A program made the translations under genes and the position numbers. Positions 1-13,379 of a stretch of DNA of 64,000 bases are shown one piece after another. Origin of the DNA: Paraspadella gotoi. Its lineage: Eukaryota > Animalia > Chaetognatha. The notes under the pieces are model-generated. The model was not told the DNA's origin, searched no databases, and saw only the letters and a program-made list of their open reading frames with translations. Positions within the stretch are counted from its first letter, which is position 1; each line of letters begins with the position of its first letter. The stretch lies in assembly GCA_051294375.1 (NCBI GenBank), contig CM119270.1, positions 4,344,742-4,408,741 on the forward strand, read 5' to 3'.

Positions 1-134
1 ATAAATTAAACAATGAAATAAATGAAGAAAGCGTAATAAAACAAGAGAAGTGTTACAGTATCTATGTGTAGTGTAATTATCGTTCGAAAATTAATTTTAT
101 ATTCTTTTTGCTCTTCTTTAACAAATGGACTCAC

Positions 135-2747
135 CCTGTTTCACTGCAGATTTGACGTTGTCCAAAATTTGCTTATTGAATGTGCCTCCACGAGTTGGTG
201 GAATCGTTGGTTGAGTGTACACCTGAACAAGTGAACAAGTATTAAATTTATTTTCGATTTATTATAGATGGATGTAAAAGACTTGAAACGATAAACATTA
301 AACAAGAAATATATCAATATAAATACACAATTGATATCCGACCACGCACTTTATGCATTTGATCGGGTTAAAACAGAAGTAAGAAACACACGTACAACCA
401 GCGTGTAATGGTATCTCACCTCTCTGCCATATATTAACTAAAATAAATCAGTATTACGTTAATTATACTGAATTGAAATTTCGGTCAGCACAAATGCGAA
501 ACATCTTATTGTACCGCCTTTCTACCAAATAATAAGTAAAGTGGGAGCAATATTACCGGCGTTACGGTTTTTAAAAACGTACGTCGGAAACACCGACGGA
601 CAGAGGGACGAAGAGGCCAACACTGCACTGCACACCGACCAAGCAACAGACCGACGTATTCTTACTGTGTAGGTTCTCCTGGTGGTCGGAGGACGAGTGG
701 TGGTCGTTCTCCTCCTAGTTGTGGTTGTGGTGGTGGTGGTGGTGGTCGGTCGTGGAGTGGTCTCTGAGATGAGAGAAGGAAAAAATTGAAAAATTGAAGC
801 TTAAACCACCAAAGACTGTCCAAGACAGAAAACTGATTCCCAATATCAATACCCCAGGAAAGCCTTCTGATCTTTTTCTTGGACGATCTTTGGCCATTTT
901 ACAAAATTTCTTTTTCTATATCTCCCGTTTCTGTCTTTTGCATTTTCTCTTTTTTTTTTTTCATCATTCAATTTACGTCTCATTTATTTTTCTACCTTCG
1001 AAAGACAATGTGTTAACGAACGTAAAGAGAGTTAAAGACGTTTGTCAAATATACGTATTTAAATTGTTTTTATTATACTCATAATTTTCCATTTTGTCTT
1101 TCCATTTTCATGTCATCCCTTTCACAATTAATTTATTTTTAAATTATCGCGGTATTTTATAATATTCATTATTCATGTGCTTTTTATGTCATATTATGTC
1201 ATACAGACCCGATTTGGTAGTTTTCGCTTTGGATTTGATGACTTTGCAATAACTCCAGGTATTTTTGCTAGTATCGGCCCAGCACCACATGTAATTCATT
1301 CCGTGTTTTCCACACGCACTCTCCGGCGCGCAGCAGTAATCCCAATCACCACTGGTTACAAAAAAAAGCGCAGAAATTTATTGTTAGTCACTTTCATATA
1401 TTGTTAGTACACCCACAAGGTTTAGAATTTTTTTTTTATTCAAATAACCGAAATAATTCGTTTAAGATTTACGTTTTATAAAAAAGAAGATGTTTTTTAA
1501 AAAATCATTTATTAGTGTTTATTAGTTTTTACTTTTGTAAAATTAATAAAAAATATGGATTAGTTTTTTTATTCTTGAAACATGGAAAATTCGTTTTTAT
1601 TTTTAAACAAAAAATAATTTTGTTGATAGCGAGTTTAGCTCAATATTAATGAAGGTAAATTAATTTTGCGAAGTTAGTGAATAAAAGGTCGAGATACAAT
1701 CTCTGATAAAAAAAAAACCTCTTGGAATCTCCCCCAATCAACAAAAGTATTTTTTGTCCAAATAATTTATAAGTTTTTCCGATGAAAGCAAATTTAAAAA
1801 AAAAAATTACAAATTATATAGCACCTTGTGAAGTGTAGTTGAATGCAGTCAAATTGAGCACACATTTATTCAATAGAAAGTAATGTTATTGCAAACTTCT
1901 AAAAACTACTACACGATACACACGACTTCTTATTATATATCTTCGATCCTGAGTAGTTTTGTTTGGAAGAATTTTTTGGTTAGTTTTCTCTTCTTTTTAT
2001 GATTCGTTATTTCGATTCTATAGCAGGAAACTACGAATAGATTACTGAAGTGAACACAATACAGGAAAATGTTGTCTCATGACATGACGTTTTAACTTCC
2101 TGACAAACATTTGAATCTAGCTTTTTTTTTTCCCTACCTCGGCCTCAAGTTGAAAGAATATCTATGTCTTCTTCTTAAAGCTTCACAATATATTCACAGA
2201 ACTCGATGAATTCTAACTCCCAAATTCAAAATCACGATTTTAAAACATATAAACAAAACAAAACCAAGTAAAAACAAAATGAAACCCAGGATCGCATGCA
2301 AAACCCTCGATTTCAAATCAGACGAAAAAAAAAAAAATCCCCACGAAATATCAAGTGAACATGACGTTTTATAGATAACGTTATTTACATTATTAACGAT
2401 TGTCGATAGCACAATATGACGTGAGCGAAAAAAACGCTTCGGTCTAATGACACTTTTTTGGGGCATCGGCATGATGCCGTGATGCTGCAATGACAAATGC
2501 TCCGTCAACGAAGAGAGATTTTAGGCTCAGTTTTTAAAAAAAATCTTTAAGAAAAAAATGTTTAAACTATTAAAGGTACAACGAAAAGTACGTTTGTAAG
2601 ATATTTTGTTTATTTTTATGAACAAACTTTAAATTTCAGCTCAACATTCAACTTACTTAATTACTTAATTACCTACTTAATTACTTAATTGCCTAATTAC
2701 CTACTTACTTACTTACTTACTTAGCTAATTACTTAATTATATGAATG

Positions 2748-2780
<33 letters not shown>

Positions 2781-3943
2781 GAATTATATGAATGTTACTG
2801 ACTTACTTAATTATATGAATGTTTTTTGGGCTGACGAAGCGAATTCTTACAAACGTAACTCTTCGTTAATCTTAGCATTAAATTAATTAATACTTCTCCC
2901 TTCGTTGCGCGAGGGCATTTCACAATAATGCTATATAAACCATGAGATAGACTCGAGTGCGGTTATTCGGTTCTATTATTAATCTGCTCGTGGATCGAAG
3001 ATATCCGTAGACTAAAAAATTACATTAGTATTGATTATGTCATAAAGGTATTTATTTTTTAGGTTTGTTCGTTACCCGTTCCTATAGACGTGGGGGGAGG
3101 GCAGGGGGGCGGAGGGGAAATGGGGATGGAATGAAGGAATGAAAAAAAAAATCGTGAAAACGGAAAAAAAAAAAAAAACTGTGTCGAGTTTGTGCTGACG
3201 AATCAACGGAGGTGAAAGTTAACGACAAAACGCGCGGAATTTTAAAAAAAAATTGATCTTTAGAGATTTTCTTTGCGAAGAAATTAAATATCGATTTTTA
3301 TGTTTATTTTTAATTTTTTATTTTTTATTATACGCGCCGGTGTTCATCGTTAGTTCGAGTGCGTGCGTTGCGTAACGACGAAGCTACTATTTCTATGTTA
3401 CAAACTATCTAATTGACAGTTTTTTTTTAGTCGATATTTTTAGTAATACACTGATATTTTTAGCGGTAACTAAAACAAAGGAACGTTTTGTGGAAAAAAA
3501 AAGATCCGTGGGGGGGGGTGAAGGACTAAAAAGGTGGCGTGGGAGATTAATTGCGTCGGTGAAATTGTGACAGATGGAAGCGATTGTTGCTCGACGGAGA
3601 AAATGGAGAAAAGAGGCCGATTGCAAAAAAATGTTCAAAACGGATGTGAAAGGAGGACTGGAATGAAATCGCGCATTTTTGTCTGAAAATCAGGGCCTCG
3701 TAGAAATTATATTTGAAAAAAAAATACGCATATGGCTTAGTTCTATAACTTGAGGAAGCGTAACGCTGCGTTTTTAGTTAAAATTGAAAAGAAAAATTAA
3801 ATTAAAGGAAAGCAAGAAAAGTTATAACCATTATTTAATTATTAGTTGGTTCATTCCGTATGATTGATTTCAAGGAATTTATTTTTGGTTCGAGCGAATT
3901 TTTTAAATGAACGGCTTTATAGTCATTGCGCGAAATATTCCAG

Positions 3944-3986
<43 letters not shown>

Positions 3987-4178
3987 ATGCGAACAAAGGT
4001 GTGACGACGATGGGAAAAAATGGATGAAAAAAGAGGAAGAAAGGATTAGAAAGAAGAAAAGAAAAGAAACGGGGTTACCTGTAGGATGTCCAGCACCAGT
4101 AGTAGGTTTGACCATATTTACCGCAGGGAAATCCCTGGCGGCAACTGTTACCAGTGGCTGTTACACGGGATTGGTCAG
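135..4178 (-). CDS. Multi-exon gene, 5' exon uncertain and 3' end off-window: Cys/Trp/Tyr-rich repeats followed by a Thr-rich mucin-like linker. Exons 4178-4079, 1351-1209, 763-666, 222-135
   Basis: AG/GT-bounded exons join in compatible phases to give DQSRVTATGNSCRQGFPCGKYGQTYYWCWTSYSGDWDYCCAPESACGKHGMNYMWCWADTSKNTWSYCKVIKSKAKTTKSETTPRPTTTTTTTTTTRRRTTTTRPPTTRRTYTVYTQPTIPPTRGGTFNKQILDNVKSAVKQ. Two copies of CGKxGxxYxWCW-x5-6-WxYC. The donor at 1208 (GTCTGT) is weak. Confidence 0.75.
2645..2820. repeat. (TTAC)n/(TTAA)-mixed simple repeat, intronic
   Basis: Runs of acttacttac visible directly. Confidence 0.85.
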
Positions 4179-4511
4179 CTGATAAGAGAAGAGGGAGGGA
4201 AACGGTGAAGATTAAAAAGTGAACATAGTTGGTTTTTTTTGTTGGATCGACTAAAAGATTACAAAGGAAAACAATCATAACAAACATAACATAACATAAC
4301 GTAACTAGTTATGTTATGTTGCGTAGTATCACTCTCTTTATCTTTAATATTTCTTTATTAAATTATCAGTTTTAAACATAAATGTCCGAGGCGTGAGAGA
4401 AAGCGCTCATCTTTGGACTCGGCCATGGGCAGGAAACGCTTATCATTGCTGACAACCGTAGTGGTTTTATTGTCGTAGGATGCGTTTTCTAATCATCGTC
4501 ATCCTCATTTC

Positions 4512-4546
<35 letters not shown>

Positions 4547-4749
4547 CTCTCTTCTCTCTCTCTCTCTCTCTCTCTCTTCTCCCAATTCACAAAATAGGAC
4601 AACAACAACAACAACAACGACAACAATCCCAACCGCATCCCTTTTCGAATCTCCGCCTTTTTTTTGTTCTCAAAATCTCTTCAGTTTTACTCTTCGCATA
4701 AATTTCTTATTGTGTTTTGGAGGCCGATGAAAAGAAGGGGCTTTTGAGG

Positions 4750-4839
<90 letters not shown>

Positions 4840-5487
4840 CGAGAGAGAGAGAGAGCAGAGCGATAGAGCGTTAATACAAGATGCCACACGCTGTGGTGTG
4901 TCCTGTGATTGATTAGAATTTTTCTCAATTACGATGTCGACGACGACGACGACGACGACGTCAGTATGAACGATTCTCATAATTCATGTCTTTTTTTAAT
5001 TGGGATTTAATTCTCAATTACAAGCTACAGACCTTCTCGATTATAACGTATCGTTTTTCTTCTTTTTAAAACAGGCGTTTGTATCAATGTTTTCTTTTAC
5101 GCCTTAACAAACAAATTTGCTAACTATTTCACGGCCGTAAACCTTCTTGGGGGCCAGATAACCTCCAGGCTTCGTTCCAGGTCCCAGGTCCAGGTCCAGG
5201 ACCCCTTCCGTTGTTTGCAAAGAAGTTAAAGATAGTTATCTTCCGACAAGCTCATCCTGGACATAATCTCTCTGCCCACTAAAAGGCCAGTTAAAGAATT
5301 GGAAAGTCTGTTACATCCGCAGTGCAGAACCTATTTGTAAATTTGTCTTGTCAGTGGCAAGCCTCGTAATGTATGAATCTAGTCAAAGCATAGGGTCTAT
5401 CTAGCTTAAAGATATAAACTTTATGAACTACCTGGAATTATGTTTCCCCCCCCCAAAAAAAAAAAATTTCCGTATCTTCATCTTAAA

Positions 5488-5493
5488 TTTATT
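5488..5493 (-). terminator. AATAAA polyadenylation signal of the RPFTF-peptide gene
   Basis: tttatt on plus, about 30 nt past the stop codon. Confidence 0.5.
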
Positions 5494-5523
5494 TACATTG
5501 AATTTTCTTTTAAACTTTTTCCA

Positions 5524-6764
5524 TCAACCTCTTTGAAAAGAAAATGGTGGTAATCTGAACGGCCGGAACGTAAAAGGTCGGAACGTAAAAGGTCGGAACG
5601 TAAAAGGTCGGAATGTAAAAGGTCGGAGCGTAAAAGGTCGGAACGTAAAAGGTCGGAGCGTATAAGGTCGAAATGTAAAAGGCCGTATTGTGAATGGTCT
5701 AAAGGTAAAAGGTGGAAGTGTGAAAGGTCGAAAAGAGAATCTTCCCAATCTTCCAAGCCGCGCACGTCCGCTTCTCGTATCAAGTTCACCTGAAATAATT
5801 ACATTTTATTTAAGTTCGCAGGGTTATTATTAATTTTTTCATTAATTATTTAATTATCACATTCAATTTCATTCAAGTCGTAATATAATATTCGGGGCCA
5901 TTGTTGGAATGACTGATCGCTTTAATTGTTATTAATGTCTATGGTTACGTAGCTAAATTCATTAATCAATATATCAATTTATTGAAGTTACCTCCGTCTG
6001 TTTGAGAAGGAGCTTTCGTCTGTTCCATTGAAAAACTTCTTCCTGAAAATGTCAATTTCATCAAAGAGAATTCATAACAAAATTTACAAATTCTGTTAAA
6101 TTGGTAGAAACAATATAAAATTAACCATTTAAACAACAAAATAGCCATTTTGCTCCTTACGTTAGAAGATATTAACATAATCCTGCAAACTTTTAGACTC
6201 CTTCAGACTCTATTTTATTCACTGTCAGAGTACCAGTAGTATAATGTTTTATGAATTTAAAAAAATGAACACAACCTTTTACAAATAATAAGAAAAAAGT
6301 TATATATATTTGAATTTTAATAATTATCACCCCATTTTTGTACTGTAACACGATTATAATGTATTTCGAGGAGTAGAAATATAGTTACTTGTTTCAATTT
6401 CCAAAGGTCTAGTTGTTTCTACCGTCGGTCCAATCGTGGGAGCGCCTGAATATTTTATGCAAAAATAATTAGTTAATTAGTCATGTGACAAGCAAGCAAA
6501 CATACGTGAATATAATTATCGTACAATATACCAGATAATTTAAAAAAATGATTATCATTTTAAAAGCTATGAATTAAAGTTAATAGAGTTGAATTCATTA
6601 ACTTTAATGAAAGTCACAGAATCTCGGATTACTATCAAATTCTTTAAATGAAAAATTACATTATTTTAATTATAAAAAAAACCACGGCTCAAGTCAAAAA
6701 TCTTACCGTGACATCTAGCGGCCATCACCGCAGCGATGAAAATGACGTTCGGGAAAAACTTCAT
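5524..6764 (-). CDS. Secreted prepro-peptide with (RPFTF)n Pro/Arg/Phe-rich C-terminus, 143 aa. Exons 6764-6707, 6445-6389, 6042-5992, 5789-5524
   Basis: Three phase-1 GT-AG introns; 58+57+51+266=432 nt. Protein: MKFFPNVIFIAAVMAARCHG APTIGPTVETTRPLEIETRRSFSMEQTKAPSQTDGGELDTRSGRARLGRLGRFSFRPFTLPPFTFRPFTIRPFTFRPYTLRPFTFRPFTLRPFTFRPFTFRPFTFRPFTFRPFRLPPFSFQRG*. Repeat units vary at synonymous positions in this frame. Confidence 0.8.
5560..5730 (-). repeat. 15-bp coding minisatellite (ggtcggaacgtaaaa on plus), about 11 units
   Basis: Directly visible; encodes RPFTF units. Confidence 0.9.
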
Positions 6765-6845
6765 TTTTAAAATGAATTCGTTTGCAAAAACCAAAGATGT
6801 TTGCGGAATTTTCGCGTTGATATAAAATTTGTAAAATCGATTCTC

Positions 6846-6855
6846 TTTTTATATA
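6846..6855 (-). promoter_or_regulatory. TATA box (TATATAAAAA) of the RPFTF-peptide gene
   Basis: About 80 nt upstream of the AAAA-ATG at 6764. Confidence 0.55.
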
Positions 6856-8626
6856 TTCGCTCTTCGTTTAACTAAGCAAACAAAGCTCGCCCCAACCTCT
6901 ATCTCTCTCTCTCTCTCTCCGTCTTTCGAGGAACTTGTTTTTCTCAAATTTCACTTCCAGGATGTTTAACTTATTCAGATGCTTCAAATAAATGAAACAC
7001 ATGAATAAAAAAACAAACAAGAAAACGAGGAACTTCTTCCATTGAGATTTGAAATGCTATTTCTCGATTATTTTCTTTCTTTTCATCGAGAAAATTCATT
7101 GCTTCTTCAACGTCGCTCATTTTCAAAAATAAATAAAAAAATAAATGTATTAAATACGAAACGGACACCATTCCCTCGTACTAATATAGACTTGAAGTAT
7201 AGAGACTGGGATAAATATTTAATAAAAACCAATAAAATTAATTTTTGTTAAAAAAATGCGAGGGCGAAAAAAAAGTATGGTGGCTGCTGCGATGGGCTCT
7301 GCAACGGCTGAGGCTGCGCTGCGGCGTCTGCTTCGCCCTCGCGCCGTAAACTTGAGAGATGATCGGAATATTAGCTTTTTTTAAAAAGGCGAATGCTTAA
7401 AAAAAAAAAAGAAAGAAAAAATGATGGGCGAGAGAGAGAGAGAGAGACAAAATGCAATAGAAAAAAGGGGGAGAGAAAAAAAAGACAGAGAGAGAGAGAC
7501 AGACAGACGAATGATAATACCTCTTTATCGTTTGAACGAATTAAAAAAAGCGATATTTATATTTAAATCGTTTATATCGTCATCTACATCGGCGGCCATT
7601 TTGTTCCCCCCTCTCTCTTCCGCTCAACGCGCCGCCTTCCGGCCGTTAATTCCTACCGGGCGTTTTGAAGGAAAATTAACAAAAGATCAACAAGACGTAA
7701 AAAATATAAGTTTGGGGAGACTAAAGGGGGAGCGAGAGAAAAAAAAAAGACGAAATAATTAAAAATGAAAAAAAAATGAATGAGTGAACCGTTAATGAGG
7801 GACGTTGAGAGGAGCGGAGGAGCGAGGAGAGGAAGCGGCATCCGGAAGGAAGTGTGGATGTGAAAGTGGGCGGAGTTGGGTGTGGTCCGAGGATTACGGG
7901 GGCGGAAGTGGCCCGTTGGCGCGGGTGGGCGTGGGCGGAAATGGGAGCAAAATGAGATGAAATAGGAAAAGATGTGAATAGGCTGAAGGAGGTAAGGAAT
8001 TGAGAGGAGGACGGCTAAAGTGAAAAAAAGGAAAGTAGAGGAAAGTAGGAGAAAAGAAGGAAAGTAAGAAGAAGAGGAAGGAGAAGAAGAAGAGCAAGAA
8101 ATAGGAGAAAAGTAAGGAAAGTGTAGAAAGAAGGAAAGTAGAGGAAAGTAGGAGAAAAGAAAGATGGACTAACAAACCGATGGAACCGACCGACTGAACC
8201 GACCGACTGACCGCGACCGACTGACGTGACGACACTGACCGACGACTTGACCTGAACGACTGACGCGACCGAGAACACAGAGAAGGTTGCTTCTCGAGAA
8301 ATCGTGGCGCAAGTACGCTGGTTCCGATTCGGGGCGGATCTTAAAAGGGGGAAAGTCACGTTTTTGGTCCATCAGACTAAAAAATCGTTGGGCAACTGGA
8401 CCAGGCCGATCGACGTCGTCGTCATCATCATCTTTGTCGTCATCATCATCATCGTCGTTGTCGTCATCGTCGTTGTCGTCGTATTCTTACTCTTACGATG
8501 CAATTATTTACTTTCATCGCTGAGCTTAAAAGAAATTTCTGATGATGAATTTTTGAAATACTTCGTGAAATACAGAAAGTTTTCTAAGTGGAGAATCGTA
8601 TTTTATGGCCATTCGTCCCTTCATTA

Positions 8627-8730
<104 letters not shown>

Positions 8731-9121
8731 CGTGGAGCCAGTCTCGATTACCGAGGGCGTGGTCCAGATGTAGTCTAGCGAAAATAATTACTAAGTTGCC
8801 TCGCAAAGTTCTTATCATTTGAAACAAATTTAAAAATTAATACACATGGAATGAGACAAAAATAAAATCTATAAAAAGATAGAAAGGTAATAAAAAAAAG
8901 TTGGAAATAAACGTAATAAAAAGGAAAAAAAAGGGAAAAAGAGGAAATCTGAGGAAAAAAATCCTGAATAGGAAACAAAAAAAAAAGGAAAGACCATCTG
9001 GTCATAGTCGGGGGTTGAGGCGAAGCCGTCGGCCCTCTAGTGTGAATATCGAGTTTCCCGCTAAATTGGAAACAAGAGGCGAACGTCAGAAGATGTGAAC
9101 AATCGGGCGTTCATGCTTGAC

Positions 9122-10314
9122 TAAGTTGGTGGAAACAAAAACCTATTTCTCTTTTGCCGTAGATTCTCATATTTGCTTTATCTGTAAAGAAAATATTTCC
9201 ATTACGTAAATATTGTTATCAAATGGATTTTTTAGAATCAGTTTTGGTCAGGTTTCTGATGTCTTGTTTGTTATCATTATTTCTTTTATATTTAAATAGA
9301 AAAAAAAAAACCTTTAAAGCAAAAACGTTTTCATTTACTTTGACTGAATTGTACACAATATATTATAGATAACGACTTATAGTAGTAGCAGTAGTAGTAC
9401 TACAAATACCAAATTTGACGACAGATCGCAAAAGTTGAATAAAGAATCCTTTCACCTCGCTCCAAGATTTTCGTTGTGAATACTAAAAAAACAAATGAGC
9501 AATCGGCGCTGAGGGCGACGAAGCCAACGACCTCTCGGAGAAATGAGATGAATGACACGACCAAATGGTAAATGAACGATGAACGAAAGATAAATCGAAG
9601 AATGAACGACCGGAGAATGAATTGACGAATTTCAATCTAGTTAATTGACGCGCGAGGAGAGCGATTTCGATACTATGAATCTGAAATGAGTTAAATTAAA
9701 TTGAAAGAAAAATTAATAATACTGAAATGCCGATATGAATTTAGAATCTCGTTCGAGAGTCGCGTTGGCTCGGATCGTTCAAACCAGATAGATATCGGTC
9801 GAGTCGAAGCTCATTCTTTATTTTCCTCTGTTTTTTTTTATCTTTCGTAAATAAAGACTCGGGTTGATTTTCCGTCATTCGATTTTGTGGTCAATTGATT
9901 CCGTCCAGAAATTCCGATACTAAATTCGAGGAGATTAAACCGAAGTTAAGAAAATTCAAAAATTATTTCTAAAGATTTTTTAAAAAAATATTCGTTAAAA
10001 AAGTTTAAAAGTACGAAAAAATGAAATGGAAAAAAAACTTGTTTTCAATATTTCATTTTTTCTTTACGGTTTCGATGTACCACAATACTTAATATCTTTC
10101 CTTATAAATTTAAATTTTACCTTTGATCGATTTTATTTCTTTATTATTTGTTGTACTAATGTTTCTGTCGTCACTGCCATTCGCCTCTCTGTTTCGATTT
10201 CATATAATGTGTTCTTTTTTTGGGGGGGGGGTGTTTGTGATTCCTTTTTTTTTTTTTGCTTTTTTTATTTCATGTTGTTTCGATTTTTAGTGAATTCGAT
10301 TTCCGTCAATCCCG

Positions 10315-10381
<67 letters not shown>

Positions 10382-10678
10382 TCTATGGTTTTTCTTTTTC
10401 AATGCGATTTTTCTTACCGACTTTTTTTTTTATTCGTCCGTTGCGTCGCCTCGCGGAGATTCCATTTCCGCTGCTCCTTTGTTTGTTTATGTCGAGTTGT
10501 TTACAAACGATTTCGCGTAAATGAGGCGCTTAGGGACGACGACGATGAAGAAACAAACGACAACAACAACAACAACGACGACAACGAATGAAGTAAAAGG
10601 CGCAAAACAACAACAACAACAACAACACGAAATGAATCCAATTTGGCGAAAGAAACGAAACTGGGCGGAATGAAGCTA

Positions 10679-10711
<33 letters not shown>

Positions 10712-10736
10712 NNNNNNNNNNNNNNNNNNNNNNNNN

Positions 10737-10768
<32 letters not shown>

Positions 10769-11129
10769 AGAGGAGAGAGAGAGAAGGAGAGAGAGTAAGA
10801 GAGAGAGAGAGAGAGAGATGAGAGATAGATATGAAATATTAAAATAGAGAATCTGTCGTGTTTGGGGCCATAATAGGCGGGGAGAAAATTCTCCAGCCAA
10901 GGATATGAACTTCTAAAAAATATTTTGTGCTTCATGGGGAAAGGGGAAAAGAGAGAGAGAGAAGTGAGAGAGAGAGAGAGAGATAGATAGAGAGAGAGAG
11001 AAGAGAGAGAGAGAAGAGAGAAGAGAGAGGAGATGAGAGAGAGGAGAGAGGAGAGAGAGAGAGAGAGAGAGAGAGCGCTAGCTTCATTCCGCCCAGTTCG
11101 TTTACTTTCGCCAAATTGGATTCATTTCG

Positions 11130-11167
<38 letters not shown>

Positions 11168-11417
11168 TGCGCCATTTACTTCATTCGTTGTCTGTCGTCG
11201 TTGTTGTTGTTGTCGTTTGCTTCTTTATCGTCGTCGTCCGTAAGCGCCCTCATTTTTACGCGAAATTCGTTTGTAAAACAACTCGACATAAACAACAAGG
11301 AGCAGCGAATGGAATCTCGCGCGAGGCGACGCAACGTGCGAATAAAAAAAAAAGTCGGTAAGAAAATTCGCATTGAAAAAAGGAAAAACCATTAGGATGG
11401 AATTGGAAAGACGAGAG

Positions 11418-11469
<52 letters not shown>

Positions 11470-12663
11470 CGGGCATTGACGGAAATCGAATTCACTTAAA
11501 AAATCGAAACAACATTGAAATAAAAAAAGCAAAAAAAAAAAAAAGGAATCACAAACACCCCCCCCCCAAAAAAAGAACACATTATATGAAATCGAAACAG
11601 AGAGGCGAATGGCAGTGACGACAGAAACATTAGTACAACAAATAATAAAGAAATAAAATCGATCAAGGTAAAATTTAAATTTATAAGGAAAGATATTAAG
11701 TATTGTGGTACATCGAAACCGTAAAGAAAAAATGAAATATTGAAAAACAAGTTTTTTTTCCCATTTCATTTTTTCGTACTTTTAAACTTTTTTAACGAAT
11801 ATTTTTTTAAAAAATCTTTAGAAATAATTTTTGAATTTTCTTAACTTCGGTTTAATCTCCTCGAATTTAGTATCGGAATTTCTGGACGGAATCAATTGAC
11901 CACAAAATCGAATGACGGAAAATCAACCCGAGTCTTTATTTACGAAGATAAAAAAAAACAGAGGAAAATAAAGAATGAGCTTCGACTCGACCGATATCTA
12001 TCTGGTTTGAACGATCCGAGCCAACGCGACTCTCGAACGAGATTCTAAATTCATATCGGCATTTCAGTATTATTAATTTTTCTTTCAATTTAATTTAACT
12101 CATTTCAGATTCATAGTATCGAAATCGCTCTCCTCGCGCGTCAATTAACTAGATTGAAATTCGTCAATTCATTCTCCGGTCGTTCATTCTTCGATTATCT
12201 TTCGTTCATCGTTCATTTACCATTTGGTCGTGTCATTCATCTCATTTCTCCGAGAGGTCGTTGGCTTCGTCGCCTCAGCGCCGATTGCTCATTTGTTTTT
12301 TTAGTATTCACAACGAAAATCTTGGAGCGAAGTGAAAGGATTCTTTATTCAACTTTGCGATCTGTCGTCAAATTTGGTATTTGTAGTTACTACTACTGCT
12401 ACTACTATAAGTCGTTATCTATAATATATTGTGTACAATTCAGTCAAAGTAAATGAAAACGTTTTTGCTTTAAAGGTTTTTTTTTTCTATTTAAATATAA
12501 AAGAAATAATGATAACAAACAAGACATCAGAAACCTGACCAAAACTGATTCTAAAAAATCCATTTGATAACAATATTTACGTAATGGAAATATTTTCTTA
12601 CAGATAAAGCAAATATGAGAATCTACGGCAAAAGAGAAATAGGTTTTTGTTTCCACCAACTTA
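9122..12663. repeat. Long inverted repeat: arms ~9122-10711 and ~11050-12663, with an AG-rich spacer containing an N-gap
   Basis: 9122 taagttggtggaaacaaaaacctatttctc is the reverse complement of gagaaataggtttttgtttccaccaactta ending 12663; near-identity continues to the inner gcgctagcttcattccgccc junction. Confidence 0.95.
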
Positions 12664-12705
12664 TGGTCACTCGAGAAGACAATTTCTAAACAAAAGAAAG
12701 AATCT

Positions 12706-12779
12706 ATCCACTTCGGGGATCGAACCCGAACTCGAGCGCTGGGACGCCAAGATTCCCAATCTTTAGCCACCAGACGACC
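12706..12779 (-). mobile_element. tRNA-like sequence (SINE head or tRNA pseudogene, possibly Gly-CCC derived)
   Basis: Minus strand GGTCGTCTGGTGGCTAAAGATTGG...GCGTCCCAGCGC...GGGTTCGATCCCCG: A-box-like and B-box (GGTTCGATCCC) motifs; the acceptor stem does not pair well. Confidence 0.55.
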
Positions 12780-13379
12780 AAAGTTCCTCTTCTCTAAATC
12801 TCAACTTCAAGAACTTAAATTGATAAGAAGTCTTTTGTTTTATGGCAACCAAAACTCATTCAACAGAAGATGTCTCATTGGTAGTGGATCTATTGTTTAC
12901 TTTATGATTTGTTTGCTGAAGATTATTCAGTCTCTCTTTTTGTCTCATAAAGAAAATACATGTTTTACTTATGCCGTTAAAACAACTTGTTTTATTTGAT
13001 CGTCAAATGTAATTAATACATTATCTACTGATGAGAAAGACTTCTTGAAATCAAAGTTAAATCATCGTCACACCTTCCCTGCAATAATACGTTCCAAGAG
13101 ATAGTCACTTTGGCACCAATATCTTAGAACTGTAACTCAATAAGTGCCACGCCCACTTCATCACGCTTTGGAGAATTCCGTGACCCGGCCACACTTGGAG
13201 AGTCCGACCGAAGAAACAGCAACCAACCTTCAAAGGGGGCGACAGAGGAAAATTACCACTTCCGAGGTAGATCGGGAATGAATTGGAATTAAGTTGATCT
13301 CCGATCCACTGACACTTTTCCAACCCGCCCCCAATTCCCCTAATCCCTCAACCGACTCCACAACGAGGAGGAGATTCCG

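Noticed and set aside
5493-5789. DLLRS-repeat ORF as the coding frame
   Set aside because: Repeat variation is synonymous in the RPFTF frame and non-synonymous here; this frame also needs a weaker GTAGAA donor upstream.
7258-7342. 11-bp stem gcgagggcgaa/ttcgccctcgc as a structured RNA or Helitron end
   Set aside because: A single short stem with no other supporting feature.
12706-12779. Functional tRNA gene
   Set aside because: Acceptor and D stems do not pair convincingly; kept only as tRNA-derived.
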